In this document: positions 39,265-53,102 of the stretch, in pieces
Numbering within the stretch: position 1 is the stretch's first letter
How the letters are laid out: the number at the start of each line of letters is the position of its first letter
Origin: the human T2T-CHM13v2.0 reference genome, Homo sapiens
NCBI RefSeq assembly: GCF_009914755.1
Contig: NC_060939.1
Strand: one strand, 5' to 3'
Length of the DNA stretch: 64,000 bases
Translations under genes and position numbers: made by a program
The notes under the pieces: model-generated
The model's input: the letters and a program-made list of their open reading frames with translations, nothing else
What the model was told of the DNA's origin: nothing
The model's database searches: none

Positions 39265-42200
39265 GTGAGTAGAACCCGTTATGATCCCCACTGCACTTAA
39301 TGTGGCATTCATGAATGAGTCTGGGCTGATGTGCTAATTGGGGGCCGTAAGAAGAGTTATAGCCACGATGGCCCTCACCTTTCTCTAATAAAAGCTTAAA
39401 CACAGCTACGGTAAATATTTTTGCTTTCTGCTTTCACAAACTTCACATACGCTTACATTTATTTTGAGGCGAAAGGGGAAGAACAGACATTTACAGGGGA
39501 CCAGTTGCTAGGAGAAGACTGTGCATTCCCTGTAACCCTGTCAGTCTCACCTCGGAGATCCTGTCCCTGGAGTGCCCCAGGTCCCTTTTCCCAGCTGCAC
39601 TGAGTGCCTCTGTCCTCCTGGTGGAGCTGTGCTGCTTTCTTGGGCAGCCTCCCTTCCCCATGGGGTGCACATAGGCTGGGGGCATCCCGGTGGTCAGTTC
39701 TTCCCAGGGACCCAGGAGGAGGGGCTGGCAGAAAGTGGGCAGGTTCTTTCCGCTCGACCTGGCAATAACAATTCCTAAATTGCTCAGCACCCCAGGCTGC
39801 TTGCCTTGACCCAGGTAGCCAGTCCCAGGCACCACCAGTGTGGGCAGGGCCCTCCCCAGGGGCAGCAGCAGGGCAGCCCAAGACACTGGTGGCCACCACA
39901 GTTAGTCCCCACAAGGCGATTGTGCAGGACATGTTCTCGAGCTGCCTGCAGGGTCTGGTTGTGGGAGCAGCTCAGCCCCTCCTGCAGAGGTGGGAGCATC
40001 TTCTACAGCCAGCCATTGTCCCGCAGGAGCTCTGTGCCCAGTGGAATATCTCAGTGCAGTGCACAATGGGGCCACAGCTGTGTCACAGCCATGCTCTGTC
40101 CTTTAGTGGGCCGTCTGAGCCACATTCCACCTGCCTGTTCTGACACACTGCTCTCCCTCGATGACCCTGCTCCCACTGGCCTCCCCATGGTTTCGATCTG
40201 TAACCCAGACCCTGTTCCCAGGAGCTGGCTCAGCACCATCCTGCTCCACACCCTCTCTCAGGAGACATCCTAACCTGCCCAGCCTGTCCTGTTCCTGCCT
40301 CTCAACCCAGAACACTGCAGGTCCTTCAGGTATTCGGTGAGACCTTAGAAGCAGGCACAGCAGGATTTATCCCACATGCACCATGCACCGTGCTGAGGAA
40401 GCCACGGTCACTCCCCTAATGGTCACTAGAGGTGAGAGAACTGAGGTTGTTGCCCATGTGGTAGAACTGGAATTCAGGGCCTCAGCCACACCTCAGTCAC
40501 CACACCACGCCCTGTGCAGGACGCTGGGGAAACCAGGCAGCTAGGACTGGCCTGTGCCTTGGAATGCTTACTCAGACCACCCATCCTTGTCCCCTTTGCA
40601 CCTCAAAGGCTTGGTCTACTTTTCAGACACAGTTTTTATATTGTCAGCCTGATACATATGCATATTTTAAGATGTCAAAGAGTTTTATAAGTTTTATGAA
40701 AAAAATAGCAGACCCCTGGCCTCCCAGACCATCTCCCCACCGCCCCTGCCCTGCCCACTCCCCATAGATTACCACTTCCAGCTCTTATTGCTTCTTCCTC
40801 TGGATTTATCTCCACATTTGTAAAGAATATGGGCACGCTGCTATTTCTTAGTCTTCTGTTGTGGTCAAGATGGTTGAACTCGTAGATTTCCCTCCTGAGA
40901 GCTGCTCCATCTAACCCTAACCCTAACTCTGATATATAGAGTTATGTCATCATTTAGGTGAACCCTTATGCAGTGTGTATCAGTCAGGATAGGCTGCCTC
41001 ATGATGCAGGAACAAGCATCCCCAGACCTGAGAGAGTTCCGTTTCTCTAGCCTCCTGCCCTGGGGGTGGGTGCTGAGTCTGGGGGAGGTGTGGGGTGGGG
41101 GGAGGGGCCTCAGCGCTCAGCAGACAGGTGCTCACTGGTGTCACCATGTTCCCTGCCCTCTTCTCATATGGAACACGTGGTGCCCTTTTGCCAGGGCATC
41201 CCTGCTCAGGGGTCAGGATAGTCCTCCTCTGAGTGGCTGGGAGTCTGACTGCTCCCTGTTTAGACTATTGAGTAGCCCCCTGCTTTCTGCCTCACTCCCT
41301 TTTTGTGCTGGTGTCTCAGTGCTTGGGCCTTTTGGGGTTTTAGAGGTGGGCCGTGAGGCTGGGCATGAAAAGGCTTCTCTGCCTCCACCGCCCCCCCGGG
41401 GCTCCTCATCCCTGTGCTGCCTCAGCACTTCGTCTGGCAAGATTTGCAGGTGCAGTTTTCATTTCTCATTCTTTGTTGGTTTTGAGTGATTTCAAGAGAA
41501 GATGCAGAAAGGCTGTGACCCCACCTCTAAAAGCCAGCGGTCAACCTGGCCACCCTTAAGCCTGTTCTAGTGGGCCCCCTGCCCCGTTGCCCTGCTGTGA
41601 CAGTGTCCCACGAGGACAGACTCAACACAGGACTTCAGTCCTTGCCTTCCCGAGTGCTGGCAGCCCTGGTGCTGTTGCTTTCCCTCTCCCCTCCTTGTTC
41701 TCAACCTCAGGAGGAAAATGCCCAGTTTCTCATGATGAGATATGATGTCATCTGTAGGTTTTTTTTTTAAAAAAGTGGGTAAAATTCATATAACATTAGC
41801 CATTAACCAGTTGAAAGTGTGTAATTCAGTAACATGTAGTGCATTTGCAGTGTTGGGCACCCACTATCTGTGTCTAGTTCCAACAAGTTTTCTTCATCCC
41901 AGAGAGGAACTCTCCATTAAGCAGTCACTCCCCAGCCTCCCTACCCCAGTCTCTGGCAACCCCAATCTGCTTTCTGTCTCCATGGACTTACATATTCTGA
42001 ATGTTTCCCATAAATTAGACATCATATAATTTGTGACCTTTTCTTTCTGGCTTCTTTGGCTTAGCATGAAGTTTATGTGGATGACCCATGTTGCAACATG
42101 TGTCAGAACTTCAGTCCTTTCTAAGGCTGAACAATATTGCATTCTGCAGATACACCACATTTGTTTGTGCCTTCATTTGATGGGCGTTTGGGTAGTTTCC

Positions 42201-44372
42201 ACCTTTTGACTGTCAGGAATAATGCAGCTGTGAGTGTGTGTGGATAGTGTTAGATTCGGTATCTGTTTTCAACTCTTTTGTGTATGTATTTAGGAGTGGA
42301 ATTGTTGCGTTCTGTGGTGACTCTGTTTCACTTTTCCAGGAACTGCCAAACTGTTTTCCACCACAGCTGCACCGTTTTACATTCCCGCCAGCACTGAATG
42401 AGGATTCTCATTTTCCCCCATCCTAGCCAACACTTGTTAGTTTCTGTTTTTTGTTTCTTTGTTTCATGATGGCCAGTCTATGGGTGGGAAGTGGGGTCTG
42501 ACTGTTTATTGGCATTTCCTGAATAGGTTTTTTGGTAGATGTTCTTTATCAAGCTGAAGATGGTCTCTGCCTCATTTAGTGAGTGGTTTTTAATCAGAAA
42601 TGGTTGTTGGATTTTTGTCAGATGCTTTTTCTGCATCAATTGATCTGATCATATGATTTTGTCTCTTTAGTCTGTTGATGTGGTAGATTATATCCATTGA
42701 TTTTTCTAATGTTGAACCAACATTGCAGCCTTGGAAAAAATACCACTTGGTTGTAGTGTATAATTCTTTTTAAACGTTGTTAGATTTGATTTGCTAATAA
42801 TTTGTTGTGGATTTTTAAGTTGTTTGCTCCTGAGAGGCAGTGGTATGTCATTTTCTTATAATTTCTTTGGTTTTGATGTTAGGATAATTCCAGCTTCATA
42901 AAGTGAGGAAGTGTTTCTTCTTTTCCAATTTCTGGAATAGGTTGTAAAGAATTGGTGTAATTTCTCCCTTAAATGTTTGGTAGAATTCACCAGTGAAATC
43001 TATCTTCCTTTTACTGATTTTTAGTTTAATTCTATTGTAGTCTGAGAACATATTTTTATGATTTCTATTTTTAAAATACTTGTTAAGGTGTACTTCATAG
43101 CTCAGAATGTGGTCTATCTTTGTGAATGTTCTGTGCAAGCTTGAGAAGAATGTGTATTTTGCTGTAGTTGGATGGAATATTCTATAAATGTCAATTCTGT
43201 TGAGTTGATTTATGATGCTATTCAAGTGAACTGTCCTTGTTGATTTTCTGTCTGCTTGTTCTATCAATTACTGACAGGTCTTGAAGTCTCCACTTATAAT
43301 AGTGGATTTACCAATTTCTCATTTAGAATTAAAATTCTCTCAGATTTTGCCCCATATATTTCAATTATCTGTTGTTAGGTGCATAGCCTTTAAGGATTGT
43401 AACATCCTCTTAAAAATTGATTTTTCTCTCATTATGTAATGTCGCCTCTTTATCCCTGATAATTTTCCTTGGTTGGTAGTCTGCTTTGTCTGAAATTAAT
43501 AATGGTACTCCAACTTACTTTGATTAGAGTTAGCATGGTATACCTTTCTCTATCCCTTTACTTTTAACCTACCAGTGTCTCTGCATTTAAAGTAGATATC
43601 TTGTAGATAGCATAGAGTTGAGACTTGTGTTTTTTATCCACTCTGAAAATCTCTGTTTCAATGGGTGTGTTTTGATCATTCACATTTAAATGATTATTGA
43701 GGTACTTAGATTAATATCAAACTTTTTAGTAACTGTCTTCTGTACTTGCCAGAGACTTCTTTTTCTCTCTCCTCTGGTTTCAATGGACCATTTTATGTGA
43801 TGCCATTTTATCTCCTTTCATAGTGTATCACTCATACTTCTTTTTAAAAGTTTTACAATATATGTTTACAATATGTATTTCAAAATAATCTAAGCCCACC
43901 TTCAAATAACACTATACCTCCTCCCATTTAGTACAACTACCTTATAACAGAATACTCCCAAATCCTCCTTCCTGTCCCTTGTGACATTGCTGTTAATTAT
44001 TTCAATTATCCATATGTCATAATCATACAGTATATCGTTACCATTATTGCAGTAAATAAATTTATTTTTATATCAAATAAGAGTAAGGAAAATAGAAAAT
44101 TTTATTTCACTGTCATTTATTCCTTTTTGAATACCTCTTTTTTATGTAGATCCAAGTTTTCAACCTATATAATTTTTCTTCTGTATGAAGAAAAATCTTT
44201 TAACGTTTATTTCAGGGTATATATTGCCAGTAATGAATTCCCTTGGTTTTGTTTGCCTGATAAACTATTTCTCCTTCATTTTTGAAGGATACTTTTTCTG
44301 AACATAGAATGCTAGGTTGGTGGTTTCTTCTTTCAAAATTTTAAGGATTTCACTCCACTCTCTCTCTCTCTC

Positions 44373-44672
44373 TTTTTTTTTTTTTTTTTGAGACAGAGTC
44401 TCGCTCTGTTGCCCAGGCTGGAGTGCAGTGGTGCTATCTCGGCTCACTGCAAGCTCTGCCTCCCGGGTTCATGCCATTCTCCTGCCTCAGCCTCCTGAGT
44501 AGCTGAGATTACAGGCGCCAGCCACCATGCCTGGCTAATTTTTGTATTTTTAGCAGAGATGGGGTTTTACCATGTTGTCCGTGGCTGGTCTCGAACTCCT
44601 GACCTCAAATCATCTGCCTGCCTCAGCCTCCCCAAGTGCTGGGATTACAGACGTGAGCCACCGCACCTGGCC
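44373..44672 (-). mobile_element. Alu, mosaic AluY/AluS
   Basis: Right arm gcaagctc/gccattctc (Y); remainder attacagg, gctggtctcgaactcc (S). Confidence 0.9.
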
Positions 44673-45099
44673 TATCCACCCTCTTCTTCCTTTACTGGTT
44701 TCTGATGAGAAGTGGGCTGTAATTCTTATCTTTACCCCTCTATAGATAAGGTGTTTCCCTACCCCGCTGGTCATTTGCCTTAGTCATTTTCTCTGTCTTT
44801 GGTTTTCTGTAGTTCAAATATGGTGTGCCTAGGTGTAGGGTATTTTGCTTTTTGTTTTTTTTTTGTTTTGTTTTGTTCTTAGTATTTACTCTATTTGGTG
44901 TTCTTTGAGCCTCCATGGTCTGTGGCTTGGATCTGTCATTAATTTTGAAAATATTTTGGCCATCATTACCTCAAATGATTTTCTTCTCCATTGTCTCTTT
45001 TGTTCCCTTTTGGTATTCCAGTTACACGTGTAACATCTTTGATGTTGTTCCACAGTTCTTGGATACTTTGTTCTGTTCCCCTCCCCAACCCATTATTAT

Positions 45100-45240
45100 T
45101 ATTTTTTTATTTTTATTTTTTTGTAGAGGTGGGACTTTGCCATGTTGCCCAGGCTGATCTTCAACTTGTGAGCTCAGGTGATCCCCCCGCCTCAGCCTCC
45201 CAAAGTGCTGGGATTACAGGCATGAGCCGCTGTGCCCGGT
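45100..45240 (-). mobile_element. Alu left arm / FLAM
   Basis: tttgtagagg...gttgcccaggctg...cccaaagtgctgggattacaggcatgagcc. Confidence 0.85.
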
Positions 45241-45376
45241 CTTCCCACCATTCTTTGTGTGCATGTGTGTTTCATTTTGAGAAGTTCTTGTTGACCTGTC
45301 TTCAGGCTGATTATTTTCAGCCATGTTGATGAGCCCGTCAAAGGCATTCTTCATTTCTGTTAATAGGTTCCTTTTG

Positions 45377-45699
<323 letters not shown>

Positions 45700-48600
45700 C
45701 TAGCATGCCTTGTAAGTTATTTGAAGCTAGATATGATGTATAGGGTGATGGGAACTGAGGTAAACAGGCCTTTAACGTGAGGTTTTCTGTTAATCTGGCT
45801 ATGGGCTACGTGTAATGTTTGTTGTAGCTGTGAGTGCCGGCGTATTCCGATCCTTGCAGTGCCCTTGTTTTTGTCCTCTGGCTCTGGGCTTCCCTAAATT
45901 CCCTTCCTCAGACAGAGTGAGTGTCGTGCAGCTCTCCCAGCTTTCACCTGCTGTTGTACACTGGAGTCCTGTTGGTGTAGTTGTAGGGTGTGGGGAGGGC
46001 CAGCGGTCTATAGTCTTCTGATTACATCTCAGTCTTTCTGTGGTCCCATTTCCCTGGGCTGTGACTGTCACAGATGTTTCTTCTTATATAGCTTTTCCAG
46101 ACCCCAAACAGGAGGCCAGAGGGGGCTGGACTCAGGAATGCCCTTCCTCCGTGGCTTTGCAACAAGGTTCTGGTAAAGTCTTTCCCTGCGGGGAGCAGGC
46201 CTTTGTCCTAGAGAAGGCTCTGGATGCATTTCACCAGGATGACGTTTGTCCTCCCTCTGCCAGAGTCACCAGGAGATGTCTCTTGGGTTTTCATGGTGAG
46301 AACCTAGTAGGGATCCTGGAGGAAAAGCCCATGAAAGTTTTGGGCCCCCCTAAGACTGTGGCTTCTAGGAGTTTCTCAGTCATGGGAGTCCACCCTTGGC
46401 CTGCAGCAATTTGTCAGAATTACCCAAACTACTGTGGTATGGCCCTGGAGGCTCTGTTCCAGGTCAGTGGATCTTTGGATTTGGCTGTGTCTCTAGATTT
46501 CAGGGGGGCGGGTTGCAAACTCAATTCACTGATGAGTCCAAAGAAGGTCATTGATTTTCAGTTTGTGCACCATTTTCTAGTCATGAGGATGGGAGTGATG
46601 ACTTCCAAGTTCTTTACGTGTTGGAGCGGAAACTCCAATCCTTCCCCTGCTTTGATTTTCCTGTTACCCTAACCGGGAATCATGTTTGTTATTTGATGGT
46701 TTACTCAGTTGTCATCTGTCTTCCTAATTAGGACATAAGCTCCAGGGAACTGGAGTGTCAGTGTTCCCTTGCGTCCTTGCACCCACAAGACAGCCTGGCA
46801 CATTCTGAATGAATACACCGAAAGGGATAAATAACGAGGCCAAGCCACCTGGCTATGGGTGGCTGCTAATCCGTAGGATTTCTCGTGCCTTGTGGTTTCA
46901 GTGAATTTGCGACACACATGAGTGATGCTGCCAATGGGAGGCTCCCAGATGTCCTCAACAAATAGAGGAGTGACCACTCAGATCCAAGGGTGTAGCACTT
47001 CCCGCCTATCACTGGGAGCTGATGGGCTGTCTTTAGCATGGCACTTTGTATGGTGCTGGCGCCCAGGCTTCCCTGGGGCAACAGCGTTGGCCCAGGCGAC
47101 ACACAAGAAGAAGGGGGTTTTTCTGTGGTCACTTCCGCGTTGCTAGTTGTTTTGCCCTCTTACTGTGGCTAAACCTTCTGTCCATACCTGTCCCCCATTC
47201 TCAGTATTTGGCTTTTCGGATTGCAGTAGTGGGACTTGGGTGCACATTGCAATAAACCAATTTGCCCCCATTATCCATGTCTTGTTGATGGTCCCACTGC
47301 CAGCATCAGTTCTTATGAACAGATTTCTAAACCATCACCATCTGTTCTGCTCTTAATTTCAAGTGTAAAAAGTATTACTTTCCTAATTCCGTCAAGGGGA
47401 GGGAGAATATGTATTCCTAAAGACCACAGTTCTTGTATGAGGAAGTGTAGATCTGCCACCCACCTACTAAAGGAAAGGTTGCTTCTGCCCATCCTCAAAG
47501 CTGTTGAGCAGTTATTTACCTAGAGGGTAAAACTGGCCCATTCGCATCTCTATAAAAACAGGTAGGAAAAGGTGGAAGGAGCTGAGTTGGGGAGGTGGAA
47601 GGGGGGCAAAAGCTATGTCTCCCGTCCCTCCCTGACAGTGCAGCCCCCCAACCCTCCAGCCCCCGCCAGTATAGGTGGGAATGGGCTGGCAGGGCTGCAT
47701 TGTGGTGGTCCCTGCTGCTGCTAGGGCTGTTTCCAGAAGAAGGCCCAGTTTCAGGCTTGACTTCCCCTCAGAAGTCATAAGGACCATAAGGTCCATCTGG
47801 GTGGGCGCTGAGCTCTCCACGATGGGAGCAGGATAGACATGAGCATCTTCACCCTCGTGGTCCCTCTGAGCCTGCCCTGGGGGTGAGCTCTTTTTCTGCT
47901 CAAATGAACATTCCAGGCAGGCCCTGGAGCTTTCTGTCGTTCTAAGGCAATAGAAGGTTCTTTGGTTACTTTCAGTCCCAGGAACATTGTTGGTCAGTCA
48001 TGAAAAGGAGTAATTATAGACTCTTTGGAGCTTCTCCCACCCGGCTGGAGCCTGACCTGTCTTGGAGCCGGCTGGGGAGGGAGGGCTGTGTGTCTCCTTC
48101 TTTCTTTCTTTGCCTCTGTTTTTGCTGGCCAGGGAGTGTTCCGAGGGATGGAGTGTCTGGGGAGAGGGCATTCTCTCCACAAGTGGGCTGGGTGGCACTT
48201 CTGGGGTCCAGCAGATGTTTCACTTGGACTTCCTGTCTCCAGTGACCCTCGGGTAGGTTTCTTAGAGATGACCCTGCTGGGAACTTGCAGCTCTTCCCTG
48301 CGACCTGTGGGAGGCCTTGCTGGGCTGATGCCCTTGACTGCTCTCCCTATCCTCCACCATGCCCCTCGGGAGTGCTCCTGGGCTGTTCCTTCAAGGCGGC
48401 CCCAGGCTGGCCCCACACTGGTGGGAGCAGCAGGCAGCTCCTCCTTGGGCAGCTCCTCCTCTTCCCCTGTGAGGCAGCTCTGGTCATGGCCTCCTGCCTC
48501 TGGATTCTCAGGAAACTCGGGTGCCGCGTCCGCAGACATTGGGGACTCGGTACAGCTATCCTAGGGGTCTGCTAGAAGCCCTGTTTGGGAATCATGGTGA

Positions 48601-50259
48601 AGCCACCTCCCCAGCCCCCTCCATGAGGCACAGCCCTTCACGGAAAGTCCCTGCTCCTCTTCTGGTACCCCGTAGGCCAGAAACCATGCTGGGGTGGGGA
48701 GCTGGGAGCATCTGTTGATGTGGGATGCAGGCGTGCTTGTCACCTCTCCTGGCCCTCAGGGCAGCAGGACAGCTTACATGAACATCTCATCCCGCTGCTG
48801 GTGGCCTCTGGTGAGAGACTACTCCAGTCGGTCCCCCTGTAGCTCCTGGATCTTAGCGGGGGCCTGGGAATGGGAGGCCACAAGGAGGTTCCAGAGCTAA
48901 CTAAAGCCGCTGAGACTCAGAGGGAGTCTCACGCCACTGCCTCCTGTGCCCCCATCCCCTAGCAAAGTGGGACTGATGAGGGATGACCTTGCGTCCTTCT
49001 CCCCTGTTCACTGGGACCTGGTGCTGTTGCCACCGTGGGCCCAAACATCCACTGCCCTTTTAGCAAGGCAGCGCTGCTCCATAGGGTCCAGCCGGGGAAG
49101 CATCTGGCTTTGCACAGGTGGAAGATCATGACTATTTCCAGAGTCTGTTGCCAGGCTCCATGTAGTTCAGGAGTTGTTTCTCCCTCTGAGAGTCCAAAGT
49201 GGTTGTTTTCCGGAGTTTGGCAGTACCTAAGGGTTAATTGGGATGTTATTGTCTGCATTTGGCTTAGAGATAGGAAAGTTTTATGTTTATTCAAATTATC
49301 AGTAATTTAAAATTACAATTTTAGTCTTAATTGTACGTATTTGGAGATCCCATTTAAGTCTTTGGAAATAATTGCAGAGTAATATTTTGGGAAGTTATAT
49401 TACAATGCACAGACGTTCAAGTGGAGAAAGGTCCCTGCGTGTGAGCCTTGGCCTGGCAGAGGGGCATCCAGGACAGGATCTACAGCACACAGCCCTCCCA
49501 ACTGGGTCTGGGCATGGCTGCAGCTGAGTCTAGCCCTCCTTTCTGTGCTGCTGCATCCCAGGGGATACGGCCACACAGGCCACAGTTGCCTAGACCGACC
49601 TGGTGTCAGGATCACTGTCTCTGCTTTGGTAAGATGTCCTTGGGAGGGGAAGGGAGCCAGCCAATGAGATGAGGGGTAGGAGGGTGACAGGGTGGAGCAG
49701 ACCCTCATGCTGGCAGAAGAGAGGTTCACATTCACCAGGGAGCAGGTTTTTCTGAACCCTGGAGAGCTGAGGGGGGCACCTGGAGCACCCCTGCAGTCCA
49801 CAGCATGGGGTGCTGGCTTCTGTACTGTAGTGCAGTGCCATGAGGTACCCATCCCTTGCAGTGGGGTAGGGTTTAAAACCCAGAAGGCAGCCCTCCCTGG
49901 AGCACAGCCCCATGGTGTTTAGAGACCCTCTCCTCTGAGCACATGCAGGATGTGACAATGCAGGTGGGCCTAGTGCTGCAGTCTCAGAGACACCCATGGG
50001 CTTCTGCCATGCTTTTTATCCACCAGGGCAGTAAAAGCAACGTCCACAGTGGCTTAGCCTCCTGCAAAGCCTGTGGCAGGACAGCCAGGGTTCCCTGACA
50101 GTGGAGATGGTGGACGGCCCCATAGGGGGTTGGTCCCATCTCGCCAGCAGAAGTGACCTGTGTGGCCTTAGTGGTCAGTGCTGCCTATTGTGATAGTGGA
50201 TTGTTTAAAGCCAGGTCCCATCGTGGCTCCTGAGGGAATGAAAATGAGGGGTTCTTTGC

Positions 50260-51041
50260 TGTGATCTGATGCTTGTGTTCCACCAAATCCATATTTTGGA
50301 ATTCTTATCCCCAAAGTGATGGGACCTTTGGGAGGGAGACATTGGAATTCACATTCCCAAGGAGATGGGGCCTTATGGAGGTGTCTTAATCTGTATTCTG
50401 CTGCTGAAACAGAATACCACAGATTGGGTAATTTATAATGAACAGAACATTATTTGGCTCAGAGTTCTAGGGGCTGGGAAGTCCAAGGTTGAGGGTTGCA
50501 TCTGCTGAGGGCCTTCTTGCTGCATCCTAACATGGTGGAAGGCATCATATAGTGAGCGAGAGAGGGAAGGGGGCCAAACTCATTGTTTTATTAGGAACCT
50601 GCTCCTCAGTCACTAACCCACTCTCGCGATAATGGCATTAATACATTCATGAGGGTAGAGCTTTCAGGACCTAATCACCTCTTAAAGGTCTCACTTCTCA
50701 ACATTGTTGCATCGGGGATTAGGTTTCCAACACATGAACTTTGGGGGGGCACATTCCAACTATAGCAGTGGGTGATCAGGTCCTGATGGTGAAGCCCTCA
50801 TAATGGGATCAATGCCGTTTTAAAAGAGGCTGCAGAGAGAGCCTCCCGCCCTCCACCATGTGAGGACAGAGTGAGAAGCTGCCGTCTCTGAGCCATCACG
50901 CAGGTACTCACCAGGCACGGAATCTGCTGGCTCTCTGGTCTTGGACTTCCCAGCCTCCTGAACTGAGACAAGCCACTTTCTGTCATGTATAATCTACCCA
51001 GTTTATGGTATTTTGTGAGAGTACCCTGAATGGAATAAGAC
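50260..51041 (+). mobile_element. MLT1A-type MaLR LTR split by a nested MST LTR
   Basis: 5' piece 50260-50381 and 3' piece 50768-51041 (gccctcataatggga, ccatgtgaggaca, tcttggacttcccagcctcc, cccagtttatggtatttt). Confidence 0.75.
50382..50767 (-). mobile_element. MST-type MaLR solo LTR
   Basis: tgtcttaatctg...acagaataccacag...gggtaatttata...ctgggaagtccaag...ctaatcacctcttaaagg...tttccaacacatgaactttggggg...tatagca. Confidence 0.8.
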
Positions 51042-53062
51042 TCCCTTCAAACAAATGTCCTGCTCTTTGAAAGAGAGTGTGGGGCTCACAGTCTGCTAGT
51101 AAAGACAGTTGTAGGAGCAATGGCAAGCCCACACTGGCTCGGATTTTCAGACCTTATCATTGAGTTAGGAGCGAAGTCCTCGACCTGAGGTTTTATTGGT
51201 CCAAAGTCAGGGCCTGCTGGAGCCCGACAGGTTGCGTGCTTGGCCTGTGGAGCAGTTTTCTCCAGAGCACCTCTATCCCCTCTGCCTTGTGCCAGGCCCA
51301 GCAGGGACTGAGGGTAGAATAATGACAGGCACAGCTCCTCCCCTCAAAGAGTCCACTATCTGGGGTTTGATGCTGGAGCGCAAGGAGGGGCTGCCCACAT
51401 GGGCGGAGCAGAGGGCCTGGGGAAGTTCCAGGAAGAAGTGACTGTGTGCCGAGGCTGCAGGAGTAGAGGCAGCCCAGGAGAAAGGGGGGCATGGGCTGGA
51501 GGTGGGGGTGGTTCCAGGCAGAGAGAGCAGCTTGCACACGGGAAAACAAGGCATGGAGTGGGCAGCTCCTTCCGCCTGGTCTCTAAACCTGTGAAGAGGG
51601 GGCTGGGGAGAAGAGACGGGGGTGGAGGAGAGCAGGACTCACAGGCCAGCCAGCCCTCCACAGCCTTGGGAACAGAGTGAAGAGCTTGGACTGTGTCCTA
51701 TGTCCTGGGGCCGGTGCCACTGCAGGCTTTGGAGCCAGGAGGGACTCAGTGGAGCTTGCTGTGTATGATTGTGAGTGTGGGGAATGGTTTGGGGTGGGAG
51801 GCAGGACAAGCAGCTGTGGACTCCTGTCTGCAGGTGAGTGCCAGGGCTCAGTGTGGGTTCTGATTGGGCTAAGTAGGTGCCCATCTGCCTGGAGTCCAGC
51901 TGTCCTTGTGTGGTCTGTAGACCTTGTTGTCAAGGTCTGGCAGCTCAACGCTGGTCTTTCTGAGATAATGAAAAGGGAAAACTTTAGAGGCAGGACGAAG
52001 ACCTTGTAGTGACCAGTGACATCCCCACAGGGTCTAGGTGTGCGAGGTCTATTGGCGCCTGTGTGGGAAGGCGGGAAACCAGGGGCTTGGGGCCAGCTAC
52101 AAATGCCACACTGGGCTCTGCCTTGGCTCTAGGTGCTTTGGTTGCTGGATTTGGTGGTGGCTCAGGGCAGTCACTTGTCATTCTCAGTATTTTATCCCCT
52201 GGGGCCTCCTCAGAGCCATAGGAGATGGTTCACCTCTGAAGGACTGCCCCATGCTGTGCTTGGTAAGCTCGGTCACCCAGGGCTGTCACAGAGATGGGCT
52301 ATGGCCCACATGGGCTGAGCGGATTTCTGCCCTGCCACCTACACCTTGCTGTGATTACTTTGGCAGTGTTTCCCCGTCAGGAGAGCAGGTGGGAAGGGAG
52401 GCAGGTCCCTGAACTGGGATAGAGCCCGGAGACCTGGGTGTCCTCTGCTCTGTTGTACTGACACGCTGCGTGCTTATGAAATGAGGGCAGGGGTTCTCAG
52501 TGCTCCCATGGCATGGTGACTATAATCCATGAATGATGCCCACACAGTTCCTGGCATGCTCAGTGTAGCCTTGTTGTTGTAAGAGAAAAAAGCAGGGATT
52601 CTCCACTTCCCCACAGAGTGAACTGGAACGAGGAGAGACTGGTATTTCTCCAACACTAGGTTTCTTTGGATTTTTATGCTGGTTGATACTCCCTAAATCA
52701 CAGGTCGCCTTAAAGAGAGCAAGAGCCCTGCACGGTGGCCCGGACCCTTGGGGCCCCTTCCATCCGATGCACCTCGTGGCCCAGTCTTTACCTGCTCACC
52801 ATGCACAGCACTTCGCATGGGTTTGGAAACGTGTCATCTGCATGGCAAGGATGGGAATGGGGAGTGGGAACCTGCAGTTTAGGGTCCAGGCGGGTGGATT
52901 TTAATTTGCCCCTGGGGGATTCTAGGGCCAGCAGAGCTCACTGCCGCTGCTGTCTGGGCCTCCAGGCAGTGAGCTGCTGGGGGAGCCCCTCTGGAAATGG
53001 ACAGTGGCTGTCAGGGCGTAGGACGCTAGGGGGCGAACAGAGGAAGTAGAGGTATCTGGGGC

Positions 53063-53102
53063 TGAAGTTCAAGGTTGCAGCATGAAGTTCAGGGTTGCAG
53101 CG
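53063..53102. repeat. 20-bp tandem duplication
   Basis: tgaagttca[a/g]ggttgcagc[a/g] twice. Confidence 0.9.

Noticed and set aside
40911-40927. Telomere-like ctaaccctaaccctaac
   Set aside because: Under three units; too short to call an interstitial telomeric insertion.
47994-48575. Overlapping 179-181 aa ORFs on both strands
   Set aside because: No homology recognised, no convincing exon boundaries, GC-rich intronic composition.
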